Positions 25,840 to 38,281 of a DNA stretch of 64,000 bases are shown here, one piece after another (positions within the stretch are counted from its first letter, which is position 1; each line of letters opens with the position of its first letter). Both the position numbers and the translations under genes were made by a program. The notes under the pieces were generated by a model. That model was given only the letters and a program-made list of their open reading frames with translations, did no database searches and was not told the origin of the DNA. Source of the DNA: Kudoa neothunni (Eukaryota; Animalia; Cnidaria); the NCBI GenBank assembly GCA_964304625.1, contig OZ199840.1:8911306-8975305 (forward strand). The letters run 5' to 3'.

Positions 25840-28308
25840 TATTTGGCTATTGTGGAGTGTGTGGCTCCCTCATTTTTAGCGTTTTTTACGACTTTTTTCG
25901 TCGAAAGCAGCTCGAAAAAAACTTATATGCTCTTCTCATCTAGAAAATATAAAATTTATTTCCAATATTATAAAAATAAATTTTTCTTCTAATCTCATAT
26001 ATGATGGTGAAGTCAACAACATAATCCTCATGTTAAACACTGGTTTCCATATTTCACTATGAAGGAATATAAATGTGATTACAATTCGTGTACTTTAATG
26101 TTTATTTTATTTTTCTATGATATTATCTTTAATAAAATTAACAGTAAGTCATTATTAATCACTGTTGTTCTGAAATATAAGATATTAACAGTTCCTCTAT
26201 CCTCGTAGCATTTTTTCATTTTTATTTTATCTTAATTAAAGCTATATAAGTATTTTTAGTATTATGAATTTTTACTGTCAAGACGCTACGCTATTAGAGG
26301 CAATTATTAAGCATGATTATATAAATAATCTCCAAAACTGTGCTTTATGTGTGATTATAAATTTGGAAATTTGTAATTAACTAAAAAAGTTAATAATTGA
26401 GAATAATTTTTTTTAAAATTTATTCTGACGGATTATTATTGTTATTAATATAATTTAAATTTTGTTTTGCAAAAAGTTTATATTAATTTTTGCATGGATC
26501 AATTTTCAAGATAAACTTTTTACTCTCCGTGAAATGTATTATTTTTTATATTAAATTTATTTTTTCTTCATACTCTCGATTTTTAATTGAACAAAGAATG
26601 ATAAATATTGAGTTAAGGGTGTAATTAAATAAACTAAAACATACAACAAGATTCTAACATATATTTGACTCAAATTTAAGTTCAATTTCGAAATTAAATA
26701 CGTATTTTATTTTTTTTTAGTTTTAAAACAAATATTTTGATGAATATAGTAATAAATTAATTATTTTATTCGAATGATGTCGAATATTAATACTTTTTTG
26801 TAACAAACAAAACTCAAACTAAATGCTCTTAATTTGTTGTTATTTAAAATTAATTTTTAAAATAGAAATCAATATATTTTCTATATCAATACAAGATGTG
26901 ATTAATTTTATCATCAAAACATGTTGGTGGTTTCTCTACTTTTTATTTTCGGTGATGCAATAGCAACAACTTATTTTTATTGAAAAATTTATATTGAGAA
27001 AGTGATAGAAAATCGGGATGTTGTACAACAAGTGATCTGTGAAAGTTGAGTAATACCACAAATATTTATTATATCCATTTTTTGTTTAATATTTGTTTAA
27101 TATAATTTCAATTAATTACATTCATAATAAAATCGTTTAAAAAATAATACTTTTAAGTGATACATGATATACGGTGCTAGATTTTGATTGAACTAGCGAT
27201 GAATGTGAAGTTATTTACAACCATTCTTGAGGGTATAAATCCGTTTGTGGACTGCGATTTTCAACCATTAGGACAATAAAAACATTTCGTAAAAAAAGAA
27301 AACCAACTGCTTGTTTTATAGCTGACACAAAAACCACCATCTAATAAGTGTGTTGTGTGCATTCTCAGTCGGAATAATACAAATGGCAATCTTAGAAGGA
27401 TATGAATATTATGTTCTTGTGATCATTCGTGGCGAACTTTTTAGAAATTATCAAAATTATTTTTCAGTTTTAATGATTGAAAAGTTTTGAACCGAATAAT
27501 AAATATTAAGAAATAGAGCCTGCCTTTATTTATTATACTTTAATAATCAAAATATGAAATTTAATTTTAAAAAATAATAATTATAAGTTGAAATATACTA
27601 TATTTAGATATTGAAAAATAATTCGATGTTAATAATTGATCAAATAAAAAATTACACAAACATATTGTGTAATTATGTTTATTTTTTATGAATTATAATC
27701 CATCAAAGAAAATTCATTCCTGAAGATTGTTTTTATTTTTAAAAATTCTTAGGAACCATTAAATTCGTGTTTTATACATTGTCCAGTTAACTATTACTTC
27801 TTAGAATCAAGGTTAGGAGACAATTTACCAAATTACACTCAATAATTGCATTTAATAGCATAGCATTTTGACAGTAAAAATTCATAATACTAAAAATACT
27901 TATATAGCTTTAATTAAGATAAAATAAAAATGAAAAAATGCTACGAGGATGGAGGAACTTTTAATATCTTATATTTCAGAACATCAGTGATTAATAATAA
28001 CTTACTGTTAATTTTATTAGAGATAATATCATAGAAAAATAAAATAAACATTTAAATACACGAATTGTAATCACATTCATATTCCTTCATAGTGAAATAT
28101 AGAAATCAGCGTTTAACATGAAGATTATGTTGTTGACTTCACCATCATATATGAGATTAGAAGAAAAATTTATTTTTATAATATTAGAAAAAAATTTTAT
28201 ATTTTCTAGATGAGAAGAGCATATAAGTTTTTTTCGAGCTGCTTTCGACGAAAAAAGTCGTAAAAAACGCTAAAAATTGGGTGCCACACGCTCCACAATT
28301 ACCGAATA
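25840..28308. mobile_element. Long-TIR (foldback / Mutator-like) non-autonomous element
   Basis: ~470-bp arms at ~25840-26312 and ~27838-28308 are highly similar inverted copies (e.g. TTTTTAGCGTTTTTTACGACTTTTTTCGTCGAAAGCAGCTCG and its reverse complement at ~28235-28276). The ~1.5-kb interior is AT-rich with no recognisable transposase. Confidence 0.85.
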
Positions 28309-28988
28309 CCTTTGAATTTTAAAAATTGAACATTTTTTATTTAATAACAAAATTTAAATGTATTTTAAAAATTAAAATTTTTCGGTAAAAATAAAATAAT
28401 TAGTTGTTTTCCCACCAAAAATTCGTCCAAGTATTTGCCACATGGCTTTCATTGTTGCGATCATTTTTGTCCAACTTGAATAATTTTTTAATCTCATTTT
28501 AACAAATTCGCAAATAAAAACAAAAAATATTATATATTGATTGTACATTTGATTATTCAAATTGTGTTGCTTTTTTTTAAAAATGCGTAAAACCGGTCAC
28601 TAACCATAGTAGATGTATATTTCCCATAATTCGTTTAAAAAGTTATTATCTCGTTTCGAATAAACTAGTTAATACTTCTGAGAAATTAAAATATTTTGAA
28701 AATCACTTTTTTAAATAATTAATAATATAAATAGTAATTTTTAAAATGTAATAAATGTTGAACAGAATTATTACTTATTAATTTATGAGTAAAATTTAAA
28801 ATGCATTCTTAGCTTATGAGCACGAAACATCTATAATATTATAGCTTAATTGTGTAAAAATTAGAAAAAATCGAAATAAAAATTAATATTTATCCTCATT
28901 ATTTTTTTATCATATTTTAGATAGGAAAAAAATGAAATATTCAAAATATGAAAGGTGAGTAATGAATAATTTGTGATGTCTATAGATT

Positions 28989-29903
28989 TTATGGGTGGGT
29001 GTAAGAAATCGAGAGCGGAGATCTTGAATTTAGAGTAAACAATGTAGGCTGAGGTGGACAAACGTTTGCCACTGTGCAAACGATTCCGGGATTTTGCTTT
29101 ACTATTTCAAAATTCAGATTGGTGAATAGATGGATAAGTGAGTGAATCAACGTCATGCACTAAAGTATTAAATGAGATTTGCTATCGACGGGGATTTCTA
29201 AACAAAATCTAGTACCCGCGTAGGCAAGGAAAGTGTTTTGATTTTCACAGATGTGATTTTGGGTTTGTGGATCCTGCAACCAAGTTATAACCTTTGACTT
29301 GTAATGAACTATATGTTCCACACATGTCTATAGAATTTCAAATTCATTTAGGTCAACAGACAGTCGTACTTTGCACACAGCGCAATCACTGTTGTTCCCC
29401 ACATAAATCACTAAATTTATAAATTGATAAATCTTATGAATATTAACTGATTTAAATTCTCTCTTACCATGGTTGTCGTGACAAAGAATATCCTCTTTGC
29501 ATAGTGTTTCTCCGGTGATATGTTTGTCCAGTTTTTGTTTGAATGAATGAAGGAATATATCGTGTTGCCTGGGCTAGATATAGTTGTTACCCAATTATTA
29601 TCGGAGTTGTATTATTTCATTAGTACATAGCCATGGGTTTTAACCATATGATCGACCAAAAGCTTAATCACATTGTAGGCTCTTGTTTTCTGCCGATGTA
29701 CAAAACTTTCGACGGGTTCTTTGGGGATACTCTTAGTGTTTCATATAAATCCCCCTGAATCATAAATATATACGTCAAAATAGCTCATATCGATTTGTTT
29801 GAAGTTTTCACCGGATTTAATCGACACAAAAACAACTATCATTCATTTTAGAAAAAAACTCAGCAGCAAAACTTAAACCTATTGAAATTAACTTAACCAG
29901 CAT
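28989..29903 (-). CDS. Secreted saposin-like protein, copy 3 (7 exons)
   Basis: MLVKLISI|VVFVSIKSGENFKQIDMSYFD|SIPKEPVESFVHRQKTRAYNVIKLLVDHMVKTHGY|PRQHDIFLHSFKQKLDKHITGETLCKEDILCHDNH|VIYVGNNSDCAVCK|TCVEHIVHYKSKVITWLQDPQTQNHICENQNTFLAY|CMTLIHSLIHLFTNLNFEIVKQNPGIVCTVANVCPPQPTLFTLNSRSPLSISYTHP*. The last intron requires a GC donor. Confidence 0.87.
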
Positions 29904-31905
29904 ATTTGTGTATATTTTCAAATCGTGATCTATCGCTTAGACCTGAATTTAAATAAAATTTTATCTATAAGTCAAATATATGTATTGTTATCATTATTTG
30001 TCCCCAAACTAAAACCGGTAATATTATTTGTGAGTTGTGTTAATTATAAAGGCCGACTTCTTTGAAATGTTGTATATTTTTGGATTGTTGTACATTCTTT
30101 TGATAGTTTTCTGACTTTCAAATATATTATCTTTAATCGATTATTGATTAATTTCCTGCATAGATATTAATATTGTTATCATATATTGTTAAATAGACTC
30201 ATTTCAACTTTAATCAATGTCGGCTAGAATTGATAATTGTACAATAGAAATTAACTAATATAATAATCACATGGATTTTTATCGTTTTTTAATATTTTAT
30301 AAAACTATATTTGAATTTTCGAAACGAATATTTGATATTCTTGTAGGAATAAATTACATACATTCCGCATATACATCATATAAACTTTTTCTATTGTTTA
30401 AAAAAATATATCTCGATATAATATTCTTAGAAATAATTATTATTGCAATAAATGTATTAATGAGAATAATTCATTATCAATATATTTATATTAATTTCAA
30501 AGCGACTTTTATTATTTTAAGCGTTTAAATCGTTTTCAACTAGGTTTATTTAATTATAATATGCCAGAAATTTAATATTCTATTAAAAATAAATAGTGTA
30601 TCTAGAATCTAAAGTTTTAAATCATCAAAATGAATATAAAAATATTTTCGAAAGACTTTAATTAAACTAATTCATGCGTATGAATAGTTAGTTTGTAATG
30701 TGTTATTTTTTCCTTTATGTTTTGATTAATTTAAAAACTATAAATTAACTTAATAAATTATTATTTTATAAATGCGGAAATCTTTCATTTTGCTCCCCTA
30801 AATTTAAGTAAATTTGAGATTGGACTTAGATGAAAAACGTCTGTTTTCTTTGTAGTAACATAAATCAGGCTTAAATTAGATCTAGTTGAAAATATATTAC
30901 GCACTCGCATTCAGAACAACAAAAAATTATTTCATGAGGGTTAAAATATGAATATTTACAGACCCATGTATTTATAAATAATTTAAATTGATCCAAACTA
31001 TATTTTGAATTTGTCATTTAATTATCCATCTATAATAATCAGAACTTAATTCAAGAAAATTTAAATCATAAGATTTATCGCAATTCGCGCTGATTTCTCT
31101 CATTATAACTATGTATGAGTTAGCTCTCATTTATCTTTTGATTATAATTTGTTATTATCCATTTTAAGGTTAATTTATAAAAAAACTGTTTTAACATGGA
31201 TATCCTCAGTTTTCGAATAAATTTTCAATGATGTAATGTTCTAATGTTCCGTTGGTCAAATCTATTTATAAAACGTAGACTGAAGGCTTCTCTATAATTA
31301 GAGGTGAAACCTTTAATATTTAAGACATGGAATTAAACGTTCCATGACTCAACATAAAATTCCTAAATTATATTATATATCTATTGGAGTTATCTTTGGT
31401 GTTTTGTGGGGGAGATTGAATTTGAGGGGAGAACATCTGAATACACATCCAATAAATATTGGTGCCTCCAACGAATTCGTCCAATGCTGAAAAAAAATCT
31501 AATAGTTCCATTAACTCGCGGGAATATAAAAATATAATAGAATTTTAGCTAGGAGTGGATATAAAAAAACAACAAATTAATGTAAAAACTCATCTTTATG
31601 TCATGCGTATCAAATCGATGATAACGATTGTTAAAAATATAAAAAATATGCTGAATTGCACCTTGCTAAGGCGATAATTTTTGATCTATCACTTATTATT
31701 GAAACAGAAATTTTATACTGCTACCTATAATTACAAATAATGCTCCACATACACAAATTAAATAGAAAAATTATTTTTAGGCTATAGAAAGGACAATACG
31801 CAGTAAACGTGAAAAAAGTGTGAACTATTGATAAGGAATTAAGTGTGTGAACAGATGCACGATTTTCGTTCTAACGCGCCCGTTCTTTACTATTTTTTAA
31901 TGTAC

Positions 31906-32808
31906 TCAATATAGACTTAGAGGTCTGGCGAATGTTTCCAAATTATTAAGATTGAGGCGTGAGGGACAAAATCCAATTTTCCCACATAACTGCTCGGCAG
32001 GTATTTTCTGGTTATGGGAATCCCTACTTGGTTTATAGTTTAAGAGTATCTCCACAATTGAGAATATTGCCAGGGAGCACTAGAAAACATCAGCCGATTC
32101 TATTCTCACAACGTTAAGTACCATATTTTGAGGAATATTTGTCTTCACAGAATTACACAATGTGGAAATTATACGCATGTTTGATAAATAATCGCCTATT
32201 TGGGGTTTCATATCGAAAACAGTTTTAATCATTGACTTAATTGTAAATTGTTAAATTTCCCAGCATTGATCAAAGTGGCTTACGATGCAAAAGTCACAAT
32301 TTGGATGTCTCCCACGGGCGACAACTTCATAATAAAATTAGAACATTTTATTCTCTATTACATGAACCTCTATCTCTAACACATAGAAAATCGTCATGGC
32401 AAGTATTCTGGTCCGTCATTGTAGCATTGAGATTCTTTTCAAAAGTTGCCAAGACATGATTTTTGAAGGCACGCTATTAGTTATTGATAATGTGAAGAGG
32501 TCAGCAATGGAAAACAGTTACATGAGGAGGGTATGTTGAATCTAACCAACTTTTTAATACGTCGTAGTTTTGTTTTTTGAGTGCTTGAGTCAAAAAGTTT
32601 GTCGAATAGGTGGTTCGTCCCTTAAATTTGTTTTAATTTTTAGCCCAGCAACGAAATCACTACAGTAGCGTAGTCAGTTTGCATAATGCTTGAAGATGTG
32701 AATTGGAATAACAAAACAATTGTTGCTCCTATAATTGTTTCTATTATGTACCTAAAGAGAAAACCTACCTATAACAACACCAGCCGAATGAGAAATTCTT
32801 TCAGTCAT
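31906..32808 (-). CDS. Secreted saposin-like protein, copy 4 (7 exons)
   Basis: MTERISHSAGVVI|GATIVLLFQFTSSSIMQTDYAT|GRTTYSTNFLTQALKKQNYDVLKSWLDSTYPPH|RAFKNHVLATFEKNLNATMTDQNTCHDDFLCVRDR|VVARGRHPNCDFCI|SMIKTVFDMKPQIGDYLSNMRIISTLCNSVKTNIPQNM|CSLAIFSIVEILLNYKPSRDSHNQKIPAEQLCGKIGFCPSRLNLNNLETFARPLSLY*. Confidence 0.85.
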
Positions 32809-34514
32809 AATACGTCGATTTACGATTCCCTAAAGAATATTTATTTTATAGGCAATTATCTTATCTACGAAATTTGAAATGACATTATTGATAGCATTAT
32901 CTATTGAATAGAAATATCAAGAATTGATAAATTCCGATACCACAAGTAGTAATATCATTCTTTCATTTATTCAATATCTTGATTCTATCTATGATGTTTA
33001 TATATCTAAGAAATAACTGATAATTATATTATTAATCTGTGGAATAGTTTAGGATCATACATTCCGAAAACAAGTTAAAAATTAGATATCTACAGAGAAA
33101 AATTCATTAATGGTTAAGACAGGCATTACTTTTGAATATTTTAATTTATAAAATATACATAAAATACTACACGTATGATAATACGCTCAAGAGTAAGAAT
33201 TGATATCACAACTACACATGCAATATTTTTTAAAATGGAAAAATAAAATTTTGAATTGATAATTTATTTTTATTAAATATTTTATTAACTTGTTTGAAAA
33301 ATATTAATTTTTTTAATATTTATTAATAACAATAGTTTATCTCGCCATAATATTAAATTATTTAATACTTTCACTACCTATGTAAAGTATTTATTATTTT
33401 GAACAATAAATCATACTTATCTTTTTTATTTCTTAAGTTATTCAAACAACGAAATATCATTCAATTTGGTTAGCTCATATTTAATTTCGCATAATTCAAG
33501 AATAACGAACATATTAACAAGTCGATGATTGATATGAATCATCGACTAAAAAGAACGTATTTCGTTCATTTTTATTAATTTTTTTGAACGCATTATTCAT
33601 TTTAATCTATCACATCAAAAAATTATTTTTATGTAAATATGGTTGCGACGGTTTCTTTCTTGTATTTAATTCAAAATTATATTTTTCTAAATATTTCTAA
33701 TGTCACGTTACATGGGGATAAACGAATATTTTAGAATTTGAAAGATTCTGTTACTTGAATTATTTAGATTTATTACACATAAATATTTTAAATGAAGATC
33801 AAGCAGTTTATAATGGATTTTTGTCAAATTTTTACTAAATTAAATTCCATATAAAAAAATATAACTTTAAGTATGATTTTACTAATTAAACTGAACATCC
33901 ATTAGGTATATCAATTTCTAATGCAATATAATTATCATCAACTCAATAGCTTGATATAATGAATGGTTTAATGATGTTAATTTAACCTAAACCTACAGCT
34001 GTATTTTTTATTTCGTTAAGAAGCATATTTATTGTAAAGCGTTTTAAAAGCTTAATTATTAAAACAAGAATATTTTTAAATAAAAAAATATATTTTCATA
34101 ATATTTTATTTTATGAATATTTAAAGACGAATAAATTTTAATTAGTTAACAATGAAAACTCCCAATAATGCTTTTAAATATGTAACAATATAAATTAATT
34201 GAAATTATATAATAACGAAAATATATAATAAAATAAAGTTCCAAAATTCAGGAATATGACTACGATCGATGAGTATTATATTATTCGTATATTTATTCCT
34301 CTCCTAAAAATAAATATAATATAGATCTTGAATTATTTAGACTCATAAAATTTTCGATGTGTTTGACCCTTCTATTAATTCATTTTTAAAGCTTTTGAAC
34401 TTGTTCCCTAGATTCAACTAAGTTTTTTTCCAAAAATTAGTTGAGTAATGTATAATTTAAATAAAATGAGGTTAGATTAGTATCTTTATTTGTATATATT
34501 TGTAGGGTTAAACT

Positions 34515-34571
34515 TTATTTTTTCCCTGAGGGGTGCGCATAAAAATCACGTAAAATCGGTTACCTCCTGTA
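34515..34571 (+). mobile_element. Solo right end (TIR) of a Tigger-like element
   Basis: CACGTAAAATCGGTTACCTCCTG|TA closely matches the right TIR at 11305-11330 (TACGGAAAATCGGTTACCTACTG|TA), and the upstream TTTTTCCC tract also matches. Confidence 0.65.
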
Positions 34572-34862
34572 ACAGATTTTTTATCACAATCCCTTTCGTA
34601 TGAATGTAAATGTGTTTATTTTGAAGATTCCTAATATTGAGCTTGTAGTTTATTTAACTTCCAAAACACTGCTGCTGTCTAATGTTCACTGTAGTCCACC
34701 CGTGTTATTTGGGTAATAATTCACCTCCTGTTTATAACATTAATTTGAAAACTTTATTATATCTTTGTTTTAAATGGACTATAATTTATTTTATTACCAC
34801 CAATTTGTTAATAAGGTTGTTAATGTTATAATATTGCAATATTTTAACCTTCTAAGTAACAA

Positions 34863-36496
34863 TTAATCAGCCCCCCTAGGGATATAACTGGGGTCCATTT
34901 GGACCCTAGAGTTTTTTTTGTGATTTCGTTTAATGATTGTGTTTTCTATCAATACACAAAATTACAATTTAAGAAATTTTTTTTTTGTTAAAAATTTCTC
35001 GTTTTGTTTTTTCTAACGCAAGCGCATACATGCAATGTTACTGTATAAATAGGACGGCCGATTATTTTAAAATGGACGAAGTTGAAATTCGTTAGCAGCT
35101 CCACAAACACCTAATATAGATGCTGGATCTACCAAAAGAAAAATTTTTAAGCTATATTTTACTGGATTACATTTTATATATTGTCTAAAAGAGTAGATGC
35201 TTCTGAAAGAAACAAAATTGCTCATCACGACATATATATTCTCCATGTTAACATAAATGTCTCATATTTCTGTTATTGGGAAAAATTTATCATTTAACTG
35301 CCATTCCTCCGTAGTTTCTGCATTATCTAAGCTGAGCGCTCTTGTTAGTTACCTGAATCTATACCTATACTTGTAGAAGGAAAAAAGATCTTTGTGTATC
35401 CCCTACCTTCGCCACAACTAAACATTTCAACAATAGGCTCTTGGTTATCCTTATAGATAGTTATGCACAATAAACGGCCAACAAAAGCTTGAATTTCATC
35501 AACATCAAAATCTTTTCATTTTTTTTCCATAATGAATCTTAACGCACTGAGTACTAGTACTGAGTGGTATATTTAATTGATTGTTCAACTATTTCTACTG
35601 GTAAGAAATGATGAAAACATCCTACAATACTAAAGATCCTTTTTTAGACGTACATAGTCACACCATGAAGAAAATTCATTTTATTTTCTGCCGCCACCTT
35701 GGTTTTCTTTGGTTTGGTTGCACTTCATAAATTGTTGTTTTTGTCTACAAGCGAATCGTCATTTTCGTCACACACGAGATTTTTATTATTCTCATCGCTG
35801 ACAACCTCTTTCAAGTACACTAGATGGGACGTTCCATTACCATTAGTGTCAATACTATCCTCGATATTTTTCCGAAAGAAATCCATGCTTACACAATAGA
35901 AACTTGCACGTGAGCGCGTGTGCGACTAAAAATTATTTGTTGGATTTTGATATGTAAAATAGGTTTAAATTAAATTTCCATTTAAAAATTAATATAAATA
36001 ATAATATATTTTTTAAATGTCAAAAAAAATTCTGGGGTCAATTTGGAACCCAATTATACTCCAAAGATGTTTTTGTTATAAAATTTGTTGACACATGAAA
36101 ATTTCAATGAACCTATTCCTCCAAAGATAAACATGTTTTATGAGAATAGAAGAAGTTTGGATTCTAATTATTATATAACGGCTGAGAAAACAGGATGGCA
36201 ATCTTTTTTGGGATCCAAAATGGACCCCAGTTAACCCTTAACGGCTACCCATTGGATTCGCGCGTCCACCTCCCTATTATTTTGTTGTAAAACCTGTTAT
36301 AATTTGTGTAATTTCGCCAAACCATTAACTTATTTTATTATGTCTGTCGGTAGATAATGCTTTTTTAAAAATGTAGATGAAATTCTGACGAATATACACA
36401 AAATATAACATGCATAACAACAAAATTTATAAACAAAATAATATAAGGATGGGCGCACGGAACTGAAGGTTATCCTTTAAGGGTTAATTTAGAGGG
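34863..36496 (-). mobile_element. Degenerate piggyBac element (host of a nested MITE)
   Basis: Inverted subterminal motifs TAACTGGGGTCCATTTGGACCC (~34885) and GGATCCAAAATGGACCCCAGTTA (~36211). Ends ...AGAGGG|TTAA (36496). Minus-strand transposase remnants include 'DVDEIQAFVG' and 'DEQ...SFRQYIKCNPVKYSLKIFLLVD'. Confidence 0.78.
36235..36483. mobile_element. ~250-bp TTAA-specific MITE nested in the end of the piggyBac above
   Basis: TTAA|CCCTTAA...TTAAGGG|TTAA, with TTAA at 36231-34 and 36484-87. Confidence 0.72.
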
Positions 36497-37419
36497 TTAA
36501 ACACATAGATGCAGAATGTGAACACCTATGAATATTTACGAGGGTAAACTAGTTTTCTATAGATATCATAAGGTGGGAGATTTATTTAATAGAATTATTT
36601 TAACAATTTTTATATTATTGCAAAAGAACGTTTAGATTTTTTTAAACGAATCAATTAATTTTTCATTGTAATGAATAATGAGCCCCACCGGGTTAATTTC
36701 TCGTTTATTTTTGTCCTAATTTATAATCGAAAAAATTACCCACTCAATATAATAACAGTTTAGAATACGAAAATAAGTTATTCTGAGACCTTCTTTAAAT
36801 TTGGTATATTTTATAAAATATATTTCATCAATATAATTTTTAGCTATTAATTATAACTGTTCTATGTATCGCTTTTCAGAGATCTAGCATTAAGTAACAA
36901 ATATACGGATGCTTTTTGTTTGATATAAGATTAAAAATTTTATTTTAAATCTAATAAAAAATGAGATACATATTTTCAGGTTCCAAAATACTCTTCTATC
37001 TGTATTAAATATCTTTATAACCTACCAAATTACCATTTAAACTGGAAATAACTATTAAGCAATTATATAGATGTCGGTTTTCTTACTTCTTATTTATTTT
37101 AATTTTAAATATTCCTGGTAAAGCTTTTATAACATATCCTACTTTATAAACTGAATCACTTTAAATTATAGATTTATATAAAGTTTAATTTAAATTATGT
37201 TCAAACATTATTTTTAATGTTATTAATTATATAAATATTTTTAACTTTGATTTATAAATAATCCTGTTTGTGTTTCTAAGATACTTTTCTTTAAAATAGC
37301 ACATTGTAATATTAATTTAGTTTTTATTTGCAAAATACACTACGAGAAAAGATACATTTTATTGTGTTATGTGTAATAGGGGTTTTTTCGTATAAGTTAT
37401 CTCTAGTGAAAGCAGCATT

Positions 37420-38281
37420 TTAATGTGGACAGATAAATAATGTCCCACAGACTTGTTTAAAATCGACACCACGATCCGATTCATTTACTTTCAAGTTATT
37501 CAATAAATGAGCAGCAATGGTGAATGCCATGTGACACTATTGGTGTATGTTAAGAGGTAACTTGCTGTTTAAGAAGATTACGCTGAATACATGCATTGAG
37601 TTTTCCAGCATACCACACATACTCTCCTGATTTTGTTTACTGGATAACAACAAATAGAGTCTATATTTTTCTTTTCTCAGCAGTCGCACAAACCCCTATA
37701 GCAATTCTTTATCCGTATATCTCTGTATATTTTTATCTCACCAAGCAAATATTACAATTAGGATAATTTTCAGGCCCCATCACTATTTGATTTCATATTC
37801 GTTACGTGTATGTAACTGATTATTATTGATTTACCTTTGTTGGCACCACACTTCCCATCCCCATCGCAACTTTTCTGTTCATTCAACAACACACTTGATA
37901 CAGTTTCATTTAATTTTTCTCTGAAATGTTTAGCGATAAAGCACTAATATTCCAAAATAAAGTATAAAAAATCAGAAATTATATTTTTACCAGTTTTGGT
38001 GAACTTGACAAGTCACAAAGCCAATCAACAACTTTTTTCAAGTACATATCTTGTTGAATTATATGATTGGTGATAGGGAATCCATCGAAAAACTATGAAC
38101 ACACGATTATTTATTGTTTAAAATAATAAACTATCAACGTACAGGTGTTTTTCCAAATATTTCTGAATATTTTAATTCCACCCTTCCGAATATAAAACAC
38201 AAAATATATATTAAACCTTTGATTATTATTTTTGGATTATTCATCAATAATTTTAAATTATATACCTTGTTTAAATTTCAT
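37420..38281 (-). CDS. Secreted saposin-like protein, copy 5 (7 exons, extra Cys)
   Basis: MKFKQ|GLIYILCFIFGRVELKYSEIFGKTP|FFDGFPITNHIIQQDMYLKKVVDWLCDLSSSPKL|RKINETVSSVLLNEQKSCDGDGKCGANK|VMGPENYPNCNICL|NCYRVCATAEKRKYRLYLLLSSKQNQESMCGMLENSMH..|CHMAFTIAAHLLNNLKVNESDRGVDFKQVCGTLFICPH*. Two acceptors were chosen to preserve the frame. Confidence 0.78.
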
